Part shown: in pieces, positions 40,372 through 54,600 of the stretch
Layout of the letters: the number at the start of each line of letters is the position of its first letter
How positions within the stretch are numbered: the stretch's first letter is position 1
NCBI GenBank assembly: GCA_964016885.1
Contig: OZ024753.1
Location: 45,136,001-45,200,000 of the forward strand
Direction of reading: 5' to 3'
DNA from: Eledone cirrhosa
Taxonomy: Eukaryota
Length of the DNA stretch: 64,000 bases
The notes under the pieces: model-generated
Seen by the model: the letters and a program-made list of their open reading frames with translations, nothing else
Databases searched by the model: none
Told to the model about the DNA's origin: nothing
Translations under genes and position numbers: made by a program

Positions 40372-40560
40372 ATTGGATTGGCAGTATCGGTAGAGGGTCG
40401 GACGACATGCTTTCCAGCAGAGTTACGTCCCTTTACGGTCTGAGTTCAAATCCCGCTGAGGTTGACTTTGCCTTTCATCCTTACGGGGTCGATGAAATAA
40501 AGTACCAGTAATGCACTGGGTAATTGCTGGCCTTGTGCGTAAAGAAGAAACAATTATTAA
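40372..40560 (+). mobile_element. Meta-type tRNA SINE
   Basis: Matches the family consensus. Confidence 0.85.
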
Positions 40561-41028
40561 TAAGACTAAGAAGTGAGTCTTGTTAGTTTGGGGTTTTGCC
40601 TGTTGATCACAGGGTCGTACATACATATGTATATTCACACTCATTATATACACACATTGTATATGTATATATAATGTGTATATATCAATAAATAAGGATA
40701 TAATACAGCTATTACATATACTTGCACTTAAAAGACAAAGGACAATAACAACAGAATAACAGCTTCAAGGACAACTCTGGGATAAAGGGGGTTATACTGG
40801 TTATATAAGACAGCATAGAATACATACATGTATATATACACCCCTTACATATATATATATATATATATATATATACACCCACACACACACACAAATATAT
40901 ATCAGCATCTGTCTGGCTGTGACAAAGTACTATATGGAACATGTATGTACACACCCTACTCCATATATATAGAGAGAGATATAGATATAGATATATGTGT
41001 GTGCGTGTGTATATATATGTGTGTGTGT

Positions 41029-41059
<31 letters not shown>

Positions 41060-42031
41060 GTGTGTATGTGTGTGTTTCACATTTGTCTGGCTGTTAATGA
41101 ATGAAAAGATGAGGTGGAGAACACAGTTTTAAAGGGAAGAAAAACTACCACCACTACCACCACTACCACCCCCGCCACCACCACAACCACCACTACCACT
41201 ACTACCACTACCACCACTACTAGCACCACTGCCGCCCCCGCCACCACCACCACCACCACCACCACCACAACCACTACTACCACTACCACCACCACTACTA
41301 CTACCACTACTAGCACCACTGCCTCCCCCCGCCACCACCACCACCACCACAACCACTACTACCACCACCATCACTCCCAACAATACTACCACTACTACCA
41401 CTGCTGCCACCATTACTACCACCTCTACCAGCACCACCACCACCACTACCACCACCACAACCACCACCACCACCACTACAACTACCACCACCACCACCAC
41501 AACAACTACCACCACAACCACCACCACCACCACAACAACCACCACCACCACCACAACAACTACCACCACAACCACCACCAGCACCACCACCACAACTACT
41601 ACCACCACCACCACCACCACCACCACCACCACTACCACCACCAGCACCACCACCACAACTACTACCACCACAACCACAACCACCACCACCACCACTACCA
41701 CCACCACCACCACCACTACAACTACCACCACCACCACCACAACAACTACCACCACAACCACAACCACCACCACCACCACTACCACCACCACAACCACCAC
41801 CACCACCACTACAACTACCACCAGCACCACCACCACAACTACTACCACCACCACCACCACCACCACTACTACAGTAGTAGTACCAGCTGAAGTAAAAGTA
41901 GTTCAGTGGTAACTGTTAGATAACATGTGGCAGAACAGTTAAATTTTCCGCCAAAAATTCTACAAGAGATTCTATTCCCAAATCTATGACAATCCCACCG
42001 TTCCTCCATTATACCCCCCCCCCCCCCCTCA

Positions 42032-42062
<31 letters not shown>

Positions 42063-42185
42063 CACATACATACATATATATATATACACATATACTGGGT
42101 ACACCGAAGCGTGTGGCCACTGTCATCATTGAAATATGTATCACAGCATTATCAATAACATCTGAAACTACTTCGCATTTTCTTA

Positions 42186-42364
<179 letters not shown>

Positions 42365-42367
42365 TAT

Positions 42368-42543
42368 AGGAAAAGAGTCAGGACCCCAACGGCTGAGCTC
42401 CCTCCGTTTCGACAGCTAGATCCGAACTAAGTCAGCAGTATTCGGGGTCCCGACTCTTTTCCTATTACCCACTCTACTACCCTAAGTATTGAGTACTCTG
42501 GTGTGTTATGGTCCACCTGGTTTCTTACCTCACCTCCTTTGTT
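42368..42543. mobile_element. Fold-back element family D, retaining CTGCTGA...GAAA on the minus strand
   Basis: Arms ggaaaagagtc-ggacccc / ggggtccc-gactcttttcc. Tail taagtattgagtac. Confidence 0.65.
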
Positions 42544-43007
42544 ATATATGCGATGAAATACCAATGATGGTTGGCAAAAATCACTGATGAGGGACTAATT
42601 TTATAATATGTAATCCATGTGCAACCATGCAGTATTCTTCTTCCCCTTGTTTTTCATATGTATATATATATATGTGTATATATATATGTATATATATGTA
42701 TATATATATATATGTATATATACTCATTTTGTTAAGGCTGTATAGTGAGTCTTGTTACTCTGGAGTTTATAAATATATAATTTCAAATATAAACAACTTC
42801 TGGGCTGAACTAATTTCTTTATGATTTCACCAGAATGAAACAGAACTAGTCCTGTAGGAGTCATTTCTGTCTGAATAGAAGAAATGTGCTCAATATATAA
42901 AATCAAGAATTTCTTTGTTTATTCACATCTGCAGATTCACACCATTGCAATGTTTATTATCTCAGTGCACGTGTTGCAGTGTTGCATGTCTTCATTCTTT
43001 ATAACAG

Positions 43008-44103
43008 TCTGACCAGTGGTATGGCTGACCTGCAGACAGAATGGTGAAGGGAGAAAGACTGGGGTGTAGTGTCTGTCTCTGACCAGTGGTATGGCTGACC
43101 TGCAGACAGAATGGTGAAGGGAGAAAGACTGGGATGTAGTGTCTGTCTCTGACCAGTGGTATGGCTGACCTGTAGACAGAATGGTGAAGGGAGAAAGACT
43201 GGGGTGTAGTGTCTGTCCCTGACCAGTGGTATGGTTGACCTACAGACAGAATGGTGAAGGGAGAAAGACTGGGGTGTAGTGTCTGTCTCTGACCAGTGGT
43301 ATGGCTGACCTGCAGACAAGAATGGTGAAGGGAGAAAGACTGGGATGTAGTGTCTGTCTCTGACCAGTGGTATGGCTGACCTGTAGACAGAATGGTGAAG
43401 GGAGAAAGACTGGGGTGTAGTGTCTGTCCCTGACCAGTGGTATGGTTGACCTACAGACAGAATGGTGAAGGGAGAAAGACTGGGGTGTAGTGTCTGTCCC
43501 TGACCAGTGGTATGGTTGACCTACAGACAAGAATGGTGAAGGGAGAAAGACTGGGGTGTAGTGTCTGTCTCTGACCAGTGGTATGGTTGACCTACAGACA
43601 GAATGGTGAAGGGAGAAAGACTGGGGTGTAGTGTCTGTCTCTGACCAGTGGTATGGCTGACCTGCAGACAGAATGGTGAAGGGAGAAAGACTGGGGTGTA
43701 GTGTCTGTCTCTGACCAGTGGTATGGCTGACCTGCAGACAGAATGGTGAAGGGAGAAAGACTGGGGTGTAGTGTCTGTCTCTGACCAGTGGTATGGTTGA
43801 CCTACAGACAGAATGGTGAAGGGAGAAAGACTGGGGTGTAGTGTCTGTCTCTGACCAGTGGTATGGCTGACCTGCAGACAGAATGGTGAAGGGAGAAAGA
43901 CTGGGGTGTAGTGTCTGTCTCTGACCAGTGGTATGGCTGACCTGCAGACAGAATGGTGAAGGGAGAAAGACTGGGGTGTAGTGTCTGTCTCTGACCAGTG
44001 GTATGGTTGACCTACAGACAGAATGGTGAAGGGAGAAAGACTGGGGTGTAGTGTCTGTCCCTGACCAGTGGTATGGCTGTGTCCTACTGACAGAATGGTG
44101 AAG
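43008..44103. repeat. 60-bp minisatellite, about 18 copies
   Basis: Unit ctgaccagtggtatggctgacctgcagacagaatggtgaagggagaaagactggggtgtagtgtctgtct-like. Confidence 0.97.
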
Positions 44104-44189
44104 GCATTGCCACAGAGAATGGCCAGCAACAGCTATCCCACCTCACAAAGCTCCTTCCTCGGGTGTTTGATAATACAGGTGTTTGATAG

Positions 44190-44375
44190 TACACCTGTAT
44201 TATCAAACACTGTACCTGTACTATCAAACACCTGTACTACCATGTACCTGTACTATCAAACACCTGTATTACCATGTACCTGTACTATCAAACACGTGTA
44301 TTACCATGTACCTGTACTATCAAACACCTGTATTACCACATACCGATACTATCAAACACCTGTATTACCATGTAC
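44190..44375. repeat. About 31-bp tandem repeat abutting a SINE 3' tail (44372-44455)
   Basis: Unit acctgtactatcaaacacctgtattaccatgt. Confidence 0.85.
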
Positions 44376-44919
44376 CAGTAACATACTGAGGTCGATTTAA
44401 TCGACTTTCCCCTCCCCCAAATTACTGGCCTTGTGCCTATACTAGAAATCATTATTTATTTTGAGAACAATACCTGAGTGGCCAGCTAAGTTTGAACTGA
44501 AAGAGGTGAGAGAAATCTGGGCTGATATGGCTGCTTTATATGCTAAAGGGTTAACTATTAAATAACAAACTATATTGAAGCTGCTTAGTTTAAACTAACA
44601 TGCTTTCAAAATTTGACATGAGACTGCAATTGTAGAAGATCAGTTTAAATGTTAAAACTACAGACTTGGTAAAGAATAAAGTTATATAAACAAGGACACA
44701 CCTGTGTGCAGGTGATGTAGTGCAATCAACAGGTGCAGCAGTTGAGGAAGAAGCATTAGATTGACAAATAACAACACAGATAGAAATAGCTTATCTACGT
44801 CAGAGAAGACATTAGAAACTATAAACCCACTCAGTAAACTGATGTATTGATACAAATTAGTCGCAGGACTGTGTGTGTGTGTGTATATATACACACATGT
44901 CATATATATATACACACAT

Positions 44920-45527
44920 GTCAGGTCACCACTTGGTGTTACTGGTAACATGTATTCCAGTACAACCTGTCCCATGGTCGGGTCGTTGGCGACTAAACTG
45001 GCAACCCCACCAAGGTTTCTTGGTGAAGAGGGTGACTTTGGACATCCTGCAGGACTAAAAACAAAACCTGTCAAAGGGCAAAGGAGCTCTTAAGAGTCAA
45101 TGGCCATCCAAAATCACCAGGAAAGATGACCCCTTAGCCTTTGTCAAGGCAGAATTCTAGGAGAAGGAAAACTCTGATATAACACCTGCAACCCTGATGG
45201 TATCCAATGATGTTGGCTTGTTCTTCTTTTTGGTAAATATCATCTTGGTTAAGAAAGTGGGACTGGCTTTGTGCAGTGCCTTTGCTCACTATAAAAGCTT
45301 CACGGCACAGGCATTGCTTTATATCTGGAGAACTCTCTGCACTTGTCGTCACATGGTACCATGGGCCCAGCACTATGTGTCAATAATTGTCACAAGTGTA
45401 GTGTTTGTACCAGAGTTTTCAAGTCGCTGGCTGGACTAAAAAGTCACTCGTTCAGCGCATCGGTAGGGGTTCTCCTACATGGATATAAAATAGCGGCTGT
45501 ACTCGAAAACGAATTGGCAGCCACCAT
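44920..45527 (+). mobile_element. Probable internally deleted RTE-like element (5'-UTR-like part plus 3' C2H2 remnant)
   Basis: 3' part shared with 5005-5368. The 5' part actggcaacccc...aaaacaaaacctgtcaaagggc resembles RTE leaders as I recall them. Confidence 0.5.
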
Positions 45528-45746
45528 ATATATATATATAGAAGCTGAAGCATATAGACAATATGCCCCCACTCCCTCCCACTGCAAAGTGGTCATGGAG
45601 GTGCCACAGCAAAAAAGCACCCAGCCCACACTGTAAATGAGGTTGGTGTTAAGAAGCTTGCTGTACAACCACCAGGTCTCAGGTTCAGTCCCACTGAGTG
45701 GTACCTTGGTCAAGTGTCTTACAGCTTTGTCAGTTAAATATATATA

Positions 45747-45823
45747 CAGGGTGTCCCCCAAAAATATTTACACATATTTACTAGAATTTTGTTTAAGTGT
45801 GTATACATTTTTTTGACACCCTG
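45747..45823. mobile_element. Tiny Tc1/mariner-type MITE remnant
   Basis: ta-CAGGGTGTC...GACACCCTG-gta terminal inverted repeats. Confidence 0.55.
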
Positions 45824-46254
45824 GTATAAATCATCATCATCACCGCTTAGCGTCCATTTTTCCATGCTACCATGGGGTATATATATATGTGTGTGTATGT
45901 ATACGTATATATATATGTGTGTATATATATATATATAAACAAAGGGTTAGGTTAGGGTTAGTTGTGTAAAAAGACGTGACAACCTCCCCTGTACAGTTGG
46001 TAGAATGTGAGACCATACATAAGCAAAATACAGATCCCTCAGCCTGTCTTGAAGGTCAGTAACCTCACTTCAGTACTGACTTGGTCTATGTAGACCCCTC
46101 CAACCTTTGCTAGCAGGGTAGGTAGACATTATATATATATGATCCCCAAACATAGCTTTGTTTATGTTTGGTGAAGAAAGAGAATATATTTATTTGATCT
46201 ATTTGTAAAACAATGGGTTAGGTTCTAATTAGTAAATAATATAAATAATAATAT

Positions 46255-46620
46255 TAATAATAATGCTTTCTTTATTAACCACAGGGGTTTACACAAAGTA
46301 GACATTAAGGACAGTACAGGACAATACAGGACGGTACAAATGGGCATTTCTGCGTGTAAAAAAAACCAGAGGATGTAATAAAAAATAACAAAGAAAAATT
46401 CCCCAATAGGGGGGAAACTTCCGAGGGACATTTGTGGAGAAAGCCCATTAAAAGGCCACAGTGACCCTGACCACCAGGGCAAGTGCCCTCTCCCAGTTTT
46501 CCACCTTTAATTTACAGACACATACTCAGAGTAGGCCCATTCACTCGGGCCATACTTGCTTCTCTCTCCCATCTTTCAACAAAATGCTGGGAAGAGAGCA
46601 CTTCCCTCTCTACCCTGATT
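46255..46620 (-). mobile_element. Possible L1/Tx1-like LINE 3' end
   Basis: Reverse complement reads RVEREVLSSQHFVERW, then a UTR ending ggttaataaagaaa. A similar tail lies at 16550-16615. Confidence 0.4.
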
Positions 46621-47286
46621 ATTAATAATAATAGTGACTGAAAGTTTTGTAAAATGTGAAATTGATCAGAATAGGATATTTACATATTTTTACCTGGATG
46701 ATTGGTTATGATGGTGATGATGGTGATGATGATGATGATGATGATGATGAAGATATGTAAATGGTGAAGTAGAGGTGCTGATCTGTCAACACAGGCTTCA
46801 GATATCTCCCAAATTGTCACCTATAATGATGTCCTCTGTTGTCACCTAATGTCACCTAATGTCATCTAATAATGTCCTCTGTTGTCACCTAATGTCACCT
46901 CTAATGATGTCCTCTGTTGTCACCTAATGTCACCTCTAATGATGTCCTCTGTTGTCACCTAATGTCATCTAATGATGTCCTCTGTCTTATTTTAAACTCT
47001 GTTACTTGAGGAATCATATTGGTTCCAAACATAGATTGGTTTCTACTGCTACTACTACTAGTGCTGCTACTGCTGCTACTACTGCTGCTACTACTGCTGC
47101 TACTGCTGCTACAACTACTGCTGCTACTACTACTACTACTGTTGCTACTGCTGCTACAACTACTGCTGCTACTACTTCTGCTGCTACCACTACTACTGCT
47201 GCTGTAGTAAGTATATACATATATATAAAAATTTTTTTACGATTCTGCCCCGCCCGTCCCCTCAATCTCTCTAATTTCTCATTCTT

Positions 47287-47322
47287 TCTTCTGATGAAGG
47301 ACTAGCATCTGAAACGTTAAGA
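47287..47322 (+). ncRNA. Minimal hammerhead (family C), weakened stem II
   Basis: tctt CTGATGA aggactagcatct GAAA cg TT aaga. Confidence 0.65.
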
Positions 47323-47831
47323 CCCTCTTCCTACTACTTCAAGCATTAAACTAATATATTCCTTCCATATACTGTATCGTTTGTGTTGTTATTTCTGTTT
47401 ACCTTTTATATATATATATAATAATTATCATTATTATGATTTCTGATTTAGGCGCAAGGCCACCCATTTTAGGGTAGGGGAAAGCCATCCACCCCCAACT
47501 ATGGGTTAAATAACCTCACTAACCCACAATAGACCAAGCATGGTGAGTACAGCTACACCCCTGATGACATGACCAAAACCACACAGAAAGCATTGGAGGT
47601 CAACCAGGGAAGGGTTCCTTCAACAGGAGTGAGAAGGCCCTGGATTGAACTGGATAGGAAGACCATGGGCACTGCCCCTTCCTCCAGACCTACCAATATA
47701 TATATATATAACACCAGCACCAACATTTTTGCAAGAGATGTCAACGTGAATGGACCTGTTATTTTTATCTAGAGACATTTTTTCCAATTCCAACCCACCT
47801 GTCCCCTCAATCTATCTTATTTCTCATTCTT

Positions 47832-47867
47832 TCTTCTGATGAAGGACTAGCGTCCGAAACGTTAAGA
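47832..47867 (+). ncRNA. Minimal hammerhead (family C)
   Basis: tctt CTGATGA a-ggac-tagc-gtcc GAAA cg TT aaga. Palindromic ACGT stem III. Confidence 0.78.
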
Positions 47868-48078
47868 CCCTATTCCTGCTATATCAAGTGTTAACCTAAT
47901 ATATTCCTTCCATATACTGTACCAATTGTGTTGTTATTTCTGTTTACATTTTATATATACGCGTATATATACATATATAAAAAGGTAAACAGAAATAATA
48001 ACAATCTACTAAAGAAACATTTGTAAACACTTGGAATAAATTACCTTTTTATGATGTCTACCTGTTTTATTAATCATT

Positions 48079-48129
<51 letters not shown>

Positions 48130-48696
48130 CAATATAGAAAATACAAAATATAAAACAGAATTAATTAGCAAAGAAGTTCATTTATTGAAATGAATTGCCA
48201 GAAGAATTTCTACAGACCTTCTCATTATTCTACCATTAACATTCCATTGGATGCCAATAATATCACAGAACTATATTAATTCCCCAAATAGAGGTAACAC
48301 AATCAAATAGTAATTAAAATATATATTAACGAAGCCTGTATTGTCCAATGTTATGTAAGATTAGGTTTGTTAAACTAATTACATGAAAATAGATTTGAAA
48401 AAAAAAAAAAAAAAAGGTTAAGAGGAGGAATTAAAACAATTGGAGGGAAGAATTAAATAACAAGAGGAATTAAAATAATAAGAGGGAAGAAAATTGGCCA
48501 TTGTTGTTAACTAACATCCTTGTTATGATTTAGAAATACAATATCTAAAAAATGGAGTTTATTCAAGTGTTCATATCTTTACTACTAATTGTTGAGAATA
48601 GTTTTAGTCAACTACAGTAAAGACAGATATTTAATATAACACCAGAGGCAACTTACTGTATACTAGGTTAATACCATTAGTCAATACTTCTTGTCA

Positions 48697-49166
48697 CATG
48701 GTGGTATTATACCAGCTACCCCCATGGTGGTATCATACCAGCTACCCCCATGGTGATATCATACCAGCTGCTCCCATGGTGGTATCATACCAGCTACTCC
48801 CATGGTGGTATCATACGAGTTAGTCCCATGGTGGTATCATACCAGCTACTCCCATGGTGGCATCATACCAGCTACCCCCATGGTGGTATCATACCAGCTA
48901 CTCCCATGGTGGTATCATACCAGCTACCCCCATGGTGATATCATATCAGCTACTCCCATGGTGGCATCATACCAGTTACTCCCATGGTGGTATCATACGA
49001 GTTAGTCCCATGGTGGTATCATACCAGCTACCCCCATGGTGATATCATACCAGCTACTCCCATGGTGGTATCATACCAGCTACTCCCATGGTGGTATCAT
49101 ACCAGCTACCCCCATGGTGATATCATACCAGCTACTCCCATGGTGGTATCATACCAGCTACCCCCA
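48697..49166. repeat. 26-bp minisatellite, about 18 copies
   Basis: Unit ccatggtggtatcataccagctactc. Confidence 0.95.
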
Positions 49167-49379
49167 TCAGTGACTCTTCAGTGCTACTGCCATAATAACA
49201 CTTCCTCCAACCCACTCAGTAAAGCTGGTACCACAACAGAAAGAACCCAGTCAACCCTGTAATAATAAAATGTTCCCAGTACATGTTGTAAAGTTGCTGA
49301 CATTAGGAAGAGTATCCAGCTGTAGAAACCAGGCCCTAAACAGAGCATACCAGTAAAATCTGGTTACCTGGTCACCCGA

Positions 49380-50520
49380 TCACAATGACACAATGATACA
49401 GGTATCCAGGTAGCAACAGACCCAATGACACAGGTATCCAGGTAGCAACAGACTCAATGACACAGGTATCCAGGTAGCAACAGACCCAATGACACAGGTA
49501 TCCAGGTAGCAACAGACCCAATGACACAGGTATCCAGGTAGCAACAGACCCAATGACACAGGTATCCAGGTAGCAACAGACAGAGTGACCCAATGAAACA
49601 GGTATCCAGGTAGCAACAGACACAATGACCCAATGACACAGGTATCCAGGTAGCAACAGACAGAGTGACCCAATGACACAGGTATCCAGGTAGCAACAGA
49701 CAGAGTGACACAATGACACAGGTATCCAGGTAGCAACAGACAGAGTGACCCAATGACACAGGTATCCAGGTAGCAACAGACAGAGTGACACAATGACACA
49801 GGTATCCAGGTAGCAACAGACAGAGTGACCCAATGACACAGGTATCCAGGTAGCAACAGACAGAGTGACCCAATGACACAGGTATCCAGGTAGCAACAGA
49901 CAGAGTGACACAATGACACAGGTATCCAGGTAGCAACAGACACAATGACCCAATGACACAGGTATCCAGGTAGCAACAGACACAATGACACAGGTATCCA
50001 GGTAGCAACAGACACAATGACCCAATGACACAGGTATCCAGGTAGCAACAGACACAATGACACAGGTATCCAGGTAGCAACAGACAGAGTGACCCAATGA
50101 CACAGGTATCCAGGTAGCAACAGACACAATGACCCAATGACACAGGTATCCAGGTAGCAACAGACACAATGACACAGGTATCCAGGTAGCAACAGACACA
50201 ATGACCCAATGACACAGGTATCCAGGTAGCAACAGACACAATGACACAGGTATCCAGGTAGCAACAGACAGAGTGACCCAATGACACAGGTATCCAGGTA
50301 GCAACAGACACAATGACCCAATGACACAGGTATCCAGGTAGCAACAGACACAATGACCCAATGACACAGGTATCCAGGTAGCAACAGACACAATGACCCA
50401 ATGACACAGGTATCCAGGTAGCAACAGACACAATGACCCAATGACACAGGTATCCAGGTAGCAACAGACAGAGTGACCCAATGACACAGTGACCCAATGA
50501 CACAGATATCCAGGTAGTAA
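49380..50520. repeat. 30/40-bp minisatellite
   Basis: Unit caatgacacaggtatccaggtagcaacagac, with or without a 10-nt module. Confidence 0.95.
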
Positions 50521-50630
50521 TATACTGACTCAGTTATTTCACATCTTTTATTGATTTCACAGAAAGATGAAAGACAAAGTCCACTCCAGCAATTTTCATT
50601 GAAACAAAAATAGCTGATTGTGTGTTAGGA

Positions 50631-50677
<47 letters not shown>

Positions 50678-50688
50678 TATATATATAT

Positions 50689-50734
<46 letters not shown>

Positions 50735-50756
50735 ATATATATTTTTTTTTTTATAA

Positions 50757-50963
50757 GTTATTCCGGGTTGAATCGGAGGTAACCACAGCAAGTCAGGTAC
50801 TCAATACATAGCAGAGTATAAATATTTGAATATAGAAAAGCTTTTACAGGACTAGAACTGTTTCATTCGTGAGAAATCATCAGGTGATTGCTTTATATCA
50901 GTTATAAAAATTTTTTTTTTTATTTTTAAGCTTGTTGAATCCCAACAAATTAAATATAACCTC

Positions 50964-50967
<4 letters not shown>
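50757..50967. mobile_element. Chimeric family A (minus) plus family B tail (plus)
   Basis: 50757-50885 matches 6128-6255; 50889-50967 matches 29868-29933. Confidence 0.7.
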
Positions 50968-51021
<54 letters not shown>

Positions 51022-51072
51022 TATACATATATATATATATATATACATATATATACATATATATATATATAC

Positions 51073-51115
<43 letters not shown>

Positions 51116-51147
51116 TATACATATATATATATATACATATATATACA

Positions 51148-51199
<52 letters not shown>

Positions 51200-51268
51200 T
51201 ATACATATATATATATATACATATATATACATATATATATACATATATATACATATATATATATATAC

Positions 51269-51384
<116 letters not shown>

Positions 51385-51605
51385 GAAGGCGTGTGGCTGA
51401 GTGGTTAGAGAATTGGATTCGCAATCGTAAGGTTGTGAGTTCGATTCCTGGACCAGGCGATGCGTTATGTCCTTGAGCAAGACACTTCATTTCACGTTGC
51501 TCTTTCTACCTGGAGTTGCGACCGATATATAGTATTAGCAAGTGGAAAGACCAACGGAAACATTGTTCCCTCGGTCCGATTTAACGAAAGTCGATCGTTC
51601 CTATT
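51385..51605 (+). mobile_element. tRNA-head CORE-type SINE
   Basis: A and B boxes plus gtccttgagcaagacactt. Matches 5421-5640. Confidence 0.8.
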
Positions 51606-52731
51606 TCATATATATATATACACACATGCATGTGTGTGTGAGTGTGTAAACATACACACATAAATATATCATCCTCACCATTTAAACTCTATTTTCCATT
51701 CTAGCATGGGTTTGACAAGTTGTCCCATTCTTTGCTAAGTGAAACAAAGGACCCCATCCAACTGATATGTTCTGTTATTGACATGGTTCCAATGGCTGGA
51801 TTGCTGCTCTACTTTACAGAGTGTACTGGGAGCATTATGTGGTAGTGTGGTTGTGGTCTAGTGGTAGTGTGTTGTGGTAGTGTGTTGTAGTGTGGTTGTG
51901 GTGTAGTGGTAGTGTGTTGTGGTGGTGTGTTGTAGTGTGGTGGTGGTGGTGATGTAGTAATGATATTGTGTTGTAGTGGTGTGGTGTGGTAGTGGTGGTG
52001 GTAGTGTGTTGTTTTGATGTGGTGTAGTGGTGGTGGTGGTGTGTTGTGTTGTTGTGGTGGTGTAGTGGTGTGGTAAAGTGGTGGTGGTGTGGTGGTGTAG
52101 TGGTGGTGGTGGTGTGGTGGTGTAGTGGTGGTGGTGGTGTGGTGTTGTGGTAGTGTAGTGGTGTGGTGTTGTGGTGGTGTAGTGGTGTGGTGTTGTGGTT
52201 GTGTAGTGGTGTGGTGTAGTGGTGGTGTGTAGTGGTGTGGTGTAGTGGTGGTGTGTAGTTGTGTGGAGTAGTGGTGGTGGTGGTGTGTTGTGATGGTGTA
52301 GTGGTGTGGTGTAGTGGTGGTGGTGTGTTGTGGTGGTGTAGTGGAGTGGTGTAGTGGTGGTGGTGTGTTGTGGTGGTGGTGTGTTGTGGTGGTGTGTTGT
52401 CACTGTACAAGTGAGAAGCAATGTTGATATGGTGTAAGATGTGTATATAAACATACATGCAGAGTTACACACAGTAAAACATACACACACACAGTACCAC
52501 ACACACACACACACAGTACCACACACACAAACACACAGTACAACACACACACACACACAGTACAACACACACACACACACACAGTACAACACACACACAC
52601 AAACACACAGTACCACACACACACACACACAGTACCACACACACACACAGAGTACCACACACACACCACACACTACCATGTTGCTGTGTTGTGTGTAATA
52701 TTTAAAAGTGCTTAGTATAGAGATAGACAGA

Positions 52732-52762
<31 letters not shown>

Positions 52763-52835
52763 GGTGGTGGTGGTGGTAGCAGTAGTAGTAGTAGTAGTAA
52801 TAGTAGTAGTGGTAATAGTAGTAGTAGTGGTGGTA

Positions 52836-52876
<41 letters not shown>

Positions 52877-53121
52877 GGTGGTAGTGGTAGTGGTGGTAGT
52901 AGTAGTGGTGGTGGTGGTAATAGTAGTAGTGGTGTTGCTAATTGTAAGACATTAGAAGTGTGAGGTGAAGTGAGAGGATGAGAAAGAAAGAGACTGTAAT
53001 AGAGAAGGGGAGAGAAGAGGGGAGCGAGGGGGGAGGAGGGAGAGAAGTAGTAACAGAGGAAAGTGAAAATGAAACTGACAGAGTGACAGATAGATAGATG
53101 GAGAGAGAGAGATAGAGGGAG

Positions 53122-53169
<48 letters not shown>

Positions 53170-54334
53170 TCTGAGGAAGAAAGAAATGTAGAGATATGAA
53201 AGTGATGGACCAATTTATGTAAATATGAGAAAGACTTTTTAGGAAGGATTGGGAATAGAATTAACTTAGATGTGAAGTAGTTGATAGCTTCTATTACCTA
53301 GTTGTGATGTAGTTCTGGTGTTGTGTTAGTCTGGTGTAACCCAGACACCCTAGTATCTAGTGAAACAACTGTAATAAGGAATCAACCCCAGTATTATACC
53401 GGTACTTATTTTATCGACCCCACATAGATGTTATTATCTTAGAACTAATACAAACTAACATAGAGGACACCTATGCTAGAAATAGTAGCTAAATCTCCCT
53501 CAATCCATGGATTATTATTATCTTTAAAAACAACATATTTGATATAAACAACAGACATGGTCATAACTAAAACATCTTTGATCATAGGGCCTACTCGGTC
53601 AGTCTGACCTGGGGCTAAACAACAATATTTTGTTTTTCTCTTGCATACAAACAACAAAATAATCAATATTGCCGGAATAGAATGGAGTCAGTGGTATCCC
53701 CTGGCAACGATAAGGTGATGGTGACATTGAAAATGTGTGAGTGACACTATTTCTATCTTCACGTGTTAACAGATCAAACAAATTGGTGTACAGATGTTCG
53801 ACCAATCAACCAACCAGATAAACAGCCAATGAGAAGACACTTCCTCGTGGACACGTGACACGGGGTGGTGGTGGTGGTGGTGGGGGAACTGTAGACCAAA
53901 CCACTGGTTAACCACAGACAGACTTACTGGTTGTTCTGTTAACCACACCAACTTTGCAAGAAATAGCAGCCAACCATTCCTCCCTCTAGCAACAGCTGGT
54001 CAACTTAAAGAGAAAAACAAAGGGTTACATTAGCTGATGTAGTCCTAGATACATTGTGTCTGAATATAAGATAGGGAGGGTCAGTATTGAGATGGTCTTA
54101 CATAGGTCATAAGGTCAACTGAATTAGGAGTGACCTGGGGTTATACCTCCACCTCCACCACAAAAAGAAGAAGAAGAAGAAGAAGAAGAAAAAGAAGAAA
54201 AAAAAGAAGAAGAAGACTAGAAAGGCCAATTTATCCAAGATTTCAGGGCATGTGTGTTCCAGGTAAATTTGTCTGTTATATCTTACAGGTGAGACAAATG
54301 TGCAGAGGTCAACCACCAGCATCCCCACTAAGAT

Positions 54335-54600
54335 GCACAGGTGTGTGTGTCTGTCTACACAGGTGTGTGTCTGCACAGGTGTGTGTGTCTGTCTACACAG
54401 GTGTGTGTGTCTGTCTACACAGGTGTGTGTGTCTGTCTACACAGGTGTGTCTACACAGGTGTGTGTGTCTGTCTACACAGGTGTGTGTGTCTGTCTACAC
54501 AGGTGTGTGTGTCTGTCTACACAGGTGTGTCTACACAGGTGTGTGTGTCTGTCTACACAGGTGTGTGTGTCTGTCTACACAGGTGTCTGTCTGCACAGGT
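54335..54600. repeat. About 22-bp tandem repeat
   Basis: Unit acacaggtgtgtgtgtctgtct. Confidence 0.9.

Noticed and set aside
42583-42640. CTGATGA-ggga...tcca
   Set aside because: No GAAA or stem III follows; at best a dead remnant.
45942-45962. gggttaggttagggttag telomere-like motif
   Set aside because: Only about 3 imperfect units; not significant.
51385-51460. tRNA gene
   Set aside because: A and B boxes are present but there is no clean cloverleaf, and the sequence continues into a SINE body.
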